64,000 nucleotides of DNA from Candidatus Thorarchaeota archaeon. GTDB taxonomy: Archaea > Asgardarchaeota > Thorarchaeia > Thorarchaeales > Thorarchaeaceae. The stretch is taken from contig JBHLRZ010000002.1 in the NCBI GenBank assembly GCA_048882045.1, positions 32,001 through 96,000 of the forward strand, given 5' to 3'. The notes under the pieces were generated by a model that saw only the letters and a program-made list of their open reading frames with translations, made no database searches and was not told the DNA's origin. This document shows positions 58,256 to 64,000 of the stretch, in pieces. Every line of letters starts with the position of its first letter. Position 1 is the stretch's first letter. Made by a program: the position numbers and the translations under genes.

Positions 58256-58549
58256 CTAGTCACGTATTGGTTCCAGCAAGCTGGACACGTGCCAAATCTT
58301 TGTCCGAGCATGATTCGGACAGTTTGGATCCTGACTAGGTTCATCCAACATCGAAATCGCGTTCTGAGCTCTCACAGCTGGAGAGTCTGCTTCGTTCTCA
58401 AGAACAGCAATTGCTTCATTGGCAGCACGCCTTATGTTCCTAGGAACTGAGGAATCCTCCGAAATCTGTTTTAGGAGGTGTTTAGACTGGTCTATGCTCT
58501 TCTGTGTTTCGGGGTCCAAAGGACTCACCTCTGAATGGTCTTGACGCAC
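58256..58549 (-). CDS. UPF0147 family protein
   Basis: DSSVPRNIRRAA, RAQNAIS.LDE.SQDPN.P.HARTKIW. Confidence 0.92.
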   Translation of the reverse strand: MRQDHSEVSPLDPETQKSIDQSKHLLKQISEDSSVPRNIRRAANEAIAVLENEADSPAVRAQNAISMLDEPSQDPNCPNHARTKIWHVSSLLEPIRD

Positions 58550-58669
58550 AAACGGAGTGCGAACAACATCTACGCTCTCAGCGAGTTAGCCATATCAACG
58601 TTTTCATCAGAACGATTTTTTATTAGACTGAAACAATAGGATATTGGATTTACTCGTGGAGGTTCATGG

Positions 58670-59317
58670 TTGCAAAGAAGATACAACAATAGGCTTGTGA
58701 TTGTTGGAATCATTTCTCTAATTGTTGGTCTGAACTTGATGATCTTTCATGAATCACTGAGATTCCAATACTTAGTACCTGAACAGGATACTATTCTCAT
58801 AGGTGAAGACAGATGGAATCAGGGACCATATTACCCAGTAACACTAAAGGTCAATTCGTCCTTTCCCAACGCTTCAATATTCATACCTCACAATCATGCT
58901 TTGGAGATTCCCCACTTCAATATCACACAGGGACCTGTGACGATAAGAGTTAATTCCATGTTCTGGGCGGGAGCTACGATTATCACAGGTACAGATCGAT
59001 ACATAGATGGAGCTTCAGGAGACTTGGTTCTAGGTATCCCTCCTCCAGAGAGATCACCAAGTGCGCAGCAATATAATCGCAATACAACCATAACTGTGTA
59101 TTTTGAAGGACAGAATTCGATAGTGCGGTTCACATATTCTGTCTGGAATGTATATTTGTACGAATACACAATGGTGACGAACTGGACTACTACTGTCACT
59201 GCTAATATCTTCGGTGTGGAGATAGCCAACCTAGTTGGAGGAGGGATGACTGCGTGCGGGATACTGGCAGTCGTACTAATACTAGAATCAAGGAGAATTA
59301 CAATTATAGATGAATGA
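58670..59317 (+). CDS. Orphan membrane protein (TM at both ends), flanked by 13-bp direct repeats
   Basis: Hydrophobic termini, GGAGG RBS; CGTTTTCATCAGA at 58599-58611 and 59361-59373. Confidence 0.7.
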   Translation: MQRRYNNRLVIVGIISLIVGLNLMIFHESLRFQYLVPEQDTILIGEDRWNQGPYYPVTLKVNSSFPNASIFIPHNHALEIPHFNITQGPVTIRVNSMFWAGATIITGTDRYIDGASGDLVLGIPPPERSPSAQQYNRNTTITVYFEGQNSIVRFTYSVWNVYLYEYTMVTNWTTTVTANIFGVEIANLVGGGMTACGILAVVLILESRRITIIDE

Positions 59318-59463
59318 AAATTGCTAAGAAAGCATGGTCTTATTAAAAACTGAGTTAAGTCGTTTTCATCAGACCTATCGAGTTAACACGGTTTTTATTC
59401 TCATTCCAATTCCTCCCTAGTAATGCAGCTTATCTTATATCAGAATGCAACAAAATCACTCGA

Positions 59464-59826
59464 GTGCTAACTATGGATGAGAAAGATGATTCCTCGGTCA
59501 GAAAGATGGCTGAACTCTTACGCCAAGGAGCAACCATGCTTGCTGATGCGTGTCCACAGTGTGGGTCTCCTCTTTTCAAGGTAAAAGATGACATCTATTG
59601 TGCAAAGTGTGATAGAAGGATAGTATATGCACAGTCAGATGAGGAGGCCGTGTCTCATGCAGTACAAAATCTGATTCCAGAACTACGGGAAACATTGATT
59701 ATTAAACTGAAGGCGCTTACTGAAATTGTAAGTGCTGAAACTGATACCGAAGCTCTTACAAAGCTAGCTAATTTAATGGTCCTTTTGCTACAAGCCTTAC
59801 ACAAGCTTGAGAACATGAACCAATAG
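59464..59826 (+). CDS. UPF0148 / SSSCA1-like zinc-ribbon protein
   Basis: KMAELLRQGATMLADACPQCGSPLF..YCAKC. Confidence 0.9.
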   Translation: MLTMDEKDDSSVRKMAELLRQGATMLADACPQCGSPLFKVKDDIYCAKCDRRIVYAQSDEEAVSHAVQNLIPELRETLIIKLKALTEIVSAETDTEALTKLANLMVLLLQALHKLENMNQ

Positions 59827-59827
59827 G

Positions 59828-60481
59828 CTAGTCTTCTTTTTCTGCAGATGTCCCTCTCCTGAGCCGAGACCTTCGAATCTTGACCTCTTCTGGTCCTTTG
59901 AGCACCTTACTCTTGCGAATTTCACAATCACGGATTGGCATGATCTGTTTCACTTCTTTGTGAACGTCACCAGCCAAATCACCAAGAATTACCTTGGTAA
60001 CCAACTCATCGAATGTATGCTTCTTTGCATGCTTCCTGATTATTTTCTCAATACCCTTTCTGACAGCATGCTCTTGACTGGACTTTGAACGAGTGTGAGT
60101 GAAAACGATGACTGAGATACGCATTAGATAGTCGTCCTTCGTGAGAATTGGTCCTATCCAGTCTATTCTAGAAGTTCCTCTCCTGACAAGCCCTCTGAGG
60201 TAGTCAGAACTCCATTCATGTCCGTAAAATACAGTCTTAGCTTGGTTTCCAGTCACTTCCAGTACCTTGAATTTTAGCTTGACGTGAATTTTGTCGAAGT
60301 CACCAGTCAAGTCATAAAGTGTGGGCTGCACAGTCCTGCCAATCAACGCCTCGGGACTGCCGGCCGGCGTAGTACCTATCTCTTTGTTATCGAAATAGTC
60401 TGGAGCAAGAATCTGATACCAAACCTTCTCTCGCCACTTGTCCTTGGTCCTTGCCGCTGCTTGTTTACTTTTTGATGACAT
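59828..60481 (-). CDS. rps3ae: 30S ribosomal protein eS1 (S3Ae)
   Basis: KDKWREKVWY, TLYDLTGD, LVRRGTSRID, EIRKSKV; start moved to ATG 60481. Confidence 0.96.
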   Translation of the reverse strand: MSSKSKQAAARTKDKWREKVWYQILAPDYFDNKEIGTTPAGSPEALIGRTVQPTLYDLTGDFDKIHVKLKFKVLEVTGNQAKTVFYGHEWSSDYLRGLVRRGTSRIDWIGPILTKDDYLMRISVIVFTHTRSKSSQEHAVRKGIEKIIRKHAKKHTFDELVTKVILGDLAGDVHKEVKQIMPIRDCEIRKSKVLKGPEEVKIRRSRLRRGTSAEKED

Positions 60482-60652
60482 CTGAGTATCACACTCACGC
60501 TGGATACTGGAAATCCAGAGAATCATGAACTGCTCTATGGCTGTTGACCACAGAAACGCGCCGACATCTAATGAGTCGAATAAAAACATTGTGACGTAGC
60601 CCGATACAACCAACATAACTAGATATGACAATCGTTCTCCAAGGAGGCCGAG

Positions 60653-60799
60653 ATGGATACTATGGCCGAAGTGTTATGCACCCGATGTGGATTCAATGAG
60701 GTCGCCCTTGTCAAGAAAGAGATGTTTGGAGGCGGCAAATACAGGAAGATATGGCGCTGTCCACGTTGTAGCCACTCTTGGGAAACCATCGAGGACTAG
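60653..60799 (+). CDS. 48-aa zinc-ribbon microprotein, TFS/TFIIS C-terminal-like
   Basis: Below the ORF-track cutoff. MDTMAEVLCTRCGFNEVALVKKEMFGGGKYRKIWRCPRCSHSWETIED with GGAGG RBS. Confidence 0.8.
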   Translation: MDTMAEVLCTRCGFNEVALVKKEMFGGGKYRKIWRCPRCSHSWETIED

Positions 60800-60871
60800 T
60801 TATCAGAACTCCGAGTTTGTTAGAATCATTTAGTTTCGACTTCACACAGTCTAGATCTGAAACATACTATC

Positions 60872-61705
60872 TTACAATTTGTCTTCAGCCGAAGATATTG
60901 CACGTCTAGTATTAATCAGCATGTTGTACGTGCGTTTGAGAGCCTTTTCCGGATCAAAGAGCCACAATTTCTTTGCCAACATCCATTTGGTCTTCACTTC
61001 TCGATAACCACGTGACAATACTGTGTAATTCTTCTTCAGTTGTCTAATCTTCGTGTTAGAGCTCTTCAAGTGCTCACGAAGTGTCTGGATTCTCTCTTCT
61101 ATTGTTTTCAGGTCTCTTACAAAAGTACGTTGTACTGCATCTTCGATTTTGTCAGCTCCATTCAGGTTTGATATTCTAAGGCGCGACCAACGCAAGGCAT
61201 CTCCACCATTCATACGAACAAGTCTTGCGAATTCAGCCGAATCAATCAATACTTTTTCATCATCAGAACCAATTATTCGTCTACGTTCTTTTGATCTGAG
61301 AAGTGGGAATAGAATCACTCCTGGTCTGAGTCTTATTCCAGTGGATTTTCGAATGAGTCTTTCTACGTATTTCTTCTGCTGTGTTGTTGGATCTTTATAA
61401 CTAAACGAAACCAACGTGTAGACTCGATCGGAGTATGCATTTTTTGATTGCTCACGAATCGTAGGTATCTCTCGGGTTTTAGAAAAGGAAATGACTGAGT
61501 GAAACTGCAATAACATATCATGGGATTCCAAATACTCGTGAACGATGAATACTCCTCGCCGAATTCTTGTAACACCTTTCAGAGAGGTGAGTTTCTTTGA
61601 AATACCTTTCAAACCATCAGGTGAACCAAGTAAAACCACTATTCTAGAAGAACTCTTGAGTTCGGGAGCAATTGAAAATGCTTCATCCGCGCTGATTTCG
61701 GTCAT
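60872..61705 (-). CDS. Hypothetical protein with PaaX/ChrB-N (Cas2-like) domains and coiled coil
   Basis: TLVSFSY..QKKYVERLIRK.TGIRLRPGVILFP pattern, partly duplicated at the N-terminus. Confidence 0.55.
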   Translation of the reverse strand: MTEISADEAFSIAPELKSSSRIVVLLGSPDGLKGISKKLTSLKGVTRIRRGVFIVHEYLESHDMLLQFHSVISFSKTREIPTIREQSKNAYSDRVYTLVSFSYKDPTTQQKKYVERLIRKSTGIRLRPGVILFPLLRSKERRRIIGSDDEKVLIDSAEFARLVRMNGGDALRWSRLRISNLNGADKIEDAVQRTFVRDLKTIEERIQTLREHLKSSNTKIRQLKKNYTVLSRGYREVKTKWMLAKKLWLFDPEKALKRTYNMLINTRRAISSAEDKL

Positions 61706-61960
61706 CTTGCACTATTTGAAAGAGTTTTGACTATCATCCAATTCCCTTGGTGACACAAATGGGCGACTACAATAAGCGTTAATATCTTTGTCTACTACAT
61801 CATAGAACCTATAGATTATAAAATAGTTTAGATATCATCCATTTGTCAATATAAGAGTTTTAGATGTCTATTTTTTCTTTTTAAAGGATTATGAACAATC
61901 AATAAATCCCTAGACGAATTTTACTAATGATATGCATGATATCACTCTGAGGTGTAAATC

Positions 61961-62059
61961 ATGCACTTCGAATACGAATATGTTGAACCAGAAGATGAAG
62001 AAGAAGATTGGGACGACAACGACGACTGGGAAGACGACGACGACGACGACGACTGGTAG
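61961..62059 (+). CDS. 32-aa polyacidic microprotein
   Basis: MHFEYEYVEPEDEEEDWDDNDDWEDDDDDDDW; GAGGTG RBS upstream. Confidence 0.7.
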   Translation: MHFEYEYVEPEDEEEDWDDNDDWEDDDDDDDW

Positions 62060-62123
62060 TCATGAATCATCAAGTCAGTTCCAATTTAACTTCTCAATAT
62101 AACTAAACCTAGATGTGAATACT

Positions 62124-62189
62124 ATGGCAAAGAAGAAACCAGCAAAGAAAACCAAAGCAGAACCAGCAACTAAGAAAAAGAAGAAGTAA
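62124..62189 (+). CDS. 21-aa lysine-rich microprotein (histone H1-tail-like)
   Basis: MAKKKPAKKTKAEPATKKKKK, followed by a terminator hairpin. Confidence 0.65.
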   Translation: MAKKKPAKKTKAEPATKKKKK

Positions 62190-62197
62190 CACAATGA

Positions 62198-62237
62198 AAC
62201 CAGGACTCAATTGGTAGTCCTGGTTCCTTCTTTTTTC
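62198..62237 (+). terminator. Hairpin + U-tract terminator
   Basis: 10-bp stem AACCAGGACT/AGTCCTGGTT, 8-nt loop, then CCTTCTTTTTTC. Confidence 0.7.
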
Positions 62238-62298
62238 ATTTTGCCATAATAATGGGCGCAACCGTTATATCCGGTCTGATTTTCAAACTCCTGCACAT

Positions 62299-62386
62299 GC
62301 GGAGGTTGCCAAGCCAGGTCAAAGGCGCGAGGTTTAGGTCCTCGTCTTGTAGGAGTTCGCGAGTTCGAATCTCGCCCTCCGCACCA
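62299..62386 (+). tRNA. tRNA-Leu(UAG)
   Basis: GCGGAGG/CCTCCGC acceptor, CGAGG-TTTAGGT-CCTCG, long variable arm, encoded CCA. Confidence 0.96.
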
Positions 62387-62983
62387 CTTCTTCTAGTTTA
62401 GTGATCTTAGGCATAGTATCGTTGTACAAGTATACTGAATTCTCTACCAAGTAATGATGTGGTTGCATTTTGCCCAATAAGTGCATTGAGAATGGTGAAC
62501 GGTTCGCTATCATGGGAATCAAAACAAATTCTTACCCAAAAACTAAGTAGATCCTCTTGAATATTGATAAGATAGAGGTGGTGCTCTTCATCGTCTGAAG
62601 GTTGTACTTTAAGGACAATTCCCAGTAATTTATCTACTTGCTCTTCTGCATTCTGTTGTGACCTGTAGAAATCCAGATACATAGAGAATTCTTCTTCCAG
62701 CGGTGATATCCACACTGTAAGAGAATGAGATAACTCGTACTCAGTATCAGTGTTATTACTAAAATTGTGTACAATAATAACAGCTGGTAACACAACGAAA
62801 ATGATGATAATCAATGCAACAGGTCTTCTATTCTGATGTAACCAATCACCTTTTACAGGTGGTTCCTCCATTGTTTCCCACCACTTAGGATAGGATAAGA
62901 TTCTTCTTACGTTTTTCCATAATTCTAGTTCTTTTCTGAATCAGGAATATCAGAAACGAGTTCGAATCTCGCCCTCCGCACCA
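62360..62983. mobile_element. Mini-island at tRNA-Leu bounded by a 27-bp att-like duplication
   Basis: CGAGTTCGAATCTCGCCCTCCGCACCA at 62360-62386 and 62957-62983. Confidence 0.8.
62407..62871 (-). CDS. Orphan single-TM membrane protein (island cargo)
   Basis: N-terminal TM VALIIIIFVVLPAVIIV; GGTGG upstream. Confidence 0.7.
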   Translation of the reverse strand: MEEPPVKGDWLHQNRRPVALIIIIFVVLPAVIIVHNFSNNTDTEYELSHSLTVWISPLEEEFSMYLDFYRSQQNAEEQVDKLLGIVLKVQPSDDEEHHLYLINIQEDLLSFWVRICFDSHDSEPFTILNALIGQNATTSLLGREFSILVQRYYA

Positions 62984-63036
62984 TATTTTCAGCAATCCTC
63001 ATTATCTGGTTAGTTCTCACCCACATTGGGATTGTC

Positions 63037-63378
63037 ATGAAATACATGTTTCTAGCAACCGACGATAACAAGATGCAGCTGTATCATCTTCTCCTTAATG
63101 CAGTCAATTTCCATGAGAATGGACACGAAGTCGTAACAGTTCTTGAATGCGCTTCTCCGAAACTTCTGATTGGAATTGCTGAAGGATCCATCAAGCTCCC
63201 AATTTTTGACCAAGCCATGGAGTTGGGAATCATCGACCACGCTTGCAGGGCCTGTACGGCCAATTTCTCAGCCACCGAGGCTGCAGAGAAACTCGGAGTC
63301 CCGCTCAAGGGCGAGCTAAAGGGACATAGTGATCTGTTGAAGTTCATGGAGTCAGGATACTCTATCCTCACATTCTGA
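63037..63378 (+). CDS. DsrE/DsrF-like family protein
   Basis: HLLLNA..GHEV.VLE, ACRAC, GHSDL..GY.ILTF. Confidence 0.82.
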   Translation: MKYMFLATDDNKMQLYHLLLNAVNFHENGHEVVTVLECASPKLLIGIAEGSIKLPIFDQAMELGIIDHACRACTANFSATEAAEKLGVPLKGELKGHSDLLKFMESGYSILTF

Positions 63379-63393
63379 TATAACACTCCACAC

Positions 63394-64000
63394 TCACAAG
63401 TTTTGCGCATGAATCTTTGCTGCTGCTGCTTCATCATGTTTTCCCTGGGCGCTCAATGCCATTCCTAGCAAATCCCAAGCTTCTGGCATATGGGGTGCCA
63501 CTTCAGTCAGTTTCCTAAATGCCTTTTCTGAATTCTCAGCCTGTCCACTTCTTAGAAAGATAATTCCCAGAACTATCCACCCCTCGAAGAAGTTGGGATT
63601 TAGTTCGATACTCTTCAGCGCGGCCTCCTCTGCCTCTTTATCCCTTCCCTGTCCCATTAGAATCGTACCCAAGCCACTCCATGATGTAAAATCCTTTGGA
63701 TTGAGCTCTAGCGCCTTCCGGAAATACGACTCTGCTTCAGTGAATGCTTCCTTAGCTTTCAAAACACACCCCATAAGATTCCAGTTATGTGAAAACTTGT
63801 CATTCAACTCGAGAGCTTTTCGTGCTGAAACTTCTGCATCAGCGAGTTTGTTCAGAGCTAGTTGACATCTCCCTAGTGACATCCAGTTTGTCCAATTATC
63901 AGGCTCGATTTCAACTAGTTTCTTGGTAACCGCCTCAGCCTCTGCCATTCTTCCCTCCTGTATCAACCTCAGACTCTCTTCAAATAGATCAAATCGCTCA
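63394..64000 (-). CDS. TPR-repeat protein (start lies beyond the window end)
   Basis: Repeated W..LG / A..A.KALELNP TPR units; frame is open to the window edge. Confidence 0.9.
   Translation of the reverse strand, partial: ERFDLFEESLRLIQEGRMAEAEAVTKKLVEIEPDNWTNWMSLGRCQLALNKLADAEVSARKALELNDKFSHNWNLMGCVLKAKEAFTEAESYFRKALELNPKDFTSWSGLGTILMGQGRDKEAEEAALKSIELNPNFFEGWIVLGIIFLRSGQAENSEKAFRKLTEVAPHMPEAWDLLGMALSAQGKHDEAAAAKIHAQNL

Noticed and set aside
62033-62053. (GAC)7 microsatellite
   Set aside because: Explained as the poly-Asp tract of the acidic microprotein.

Overview
Chromosomal segment of an archaeon, most likely Asgard (Thorarchaeia-like). This is inferred from Rpo8, a roadblock/MglA-type GTPase operon, a DENN-like protein and archaeal replication/translation genes. 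Most of the window is housekeeping: iorA, korA, a split LKR/SDH pair, glmS, pyrG, IPK, uS10/uS15/eS1, KEOPS, a replication/repair cluster (Hel308, MCM, GINS, RFC-S/L, Cdc6, NurA, HerA) and four tRNAs (Glu with an unusual 10/11 intron, Gly, Pro with a 37/38 intron, Leu). The strongest unexplained signal is at 1.1-5.6 kb. Two ORB-containing intergenic regions lie about 38-42 kb from cdc6. The first has four copies of a 16-bp parS-like palindrome (core GAACACRTGTTC) that bracket a 99-aa gene, with a fifth copy at 33.9 kb. The second has nine ATTCAC hexamers beside a winged-helix gene. Together they are a candidate origin/centromere control system. Other highlights: an unannotated polyacidic + polybasic microprotein pair, a dispersed VirB4/VirB2/TadA/Flp-pilin surface machine, a roadblock-DENN-GTPase operon, three integrase-free cassettes bounded by direct repeats, a TFS-like zinc ribbon lacking the acidic tip, and two probable pseudo-enzymes. 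All assignments come from reading motifs by eye; no database searches were run.
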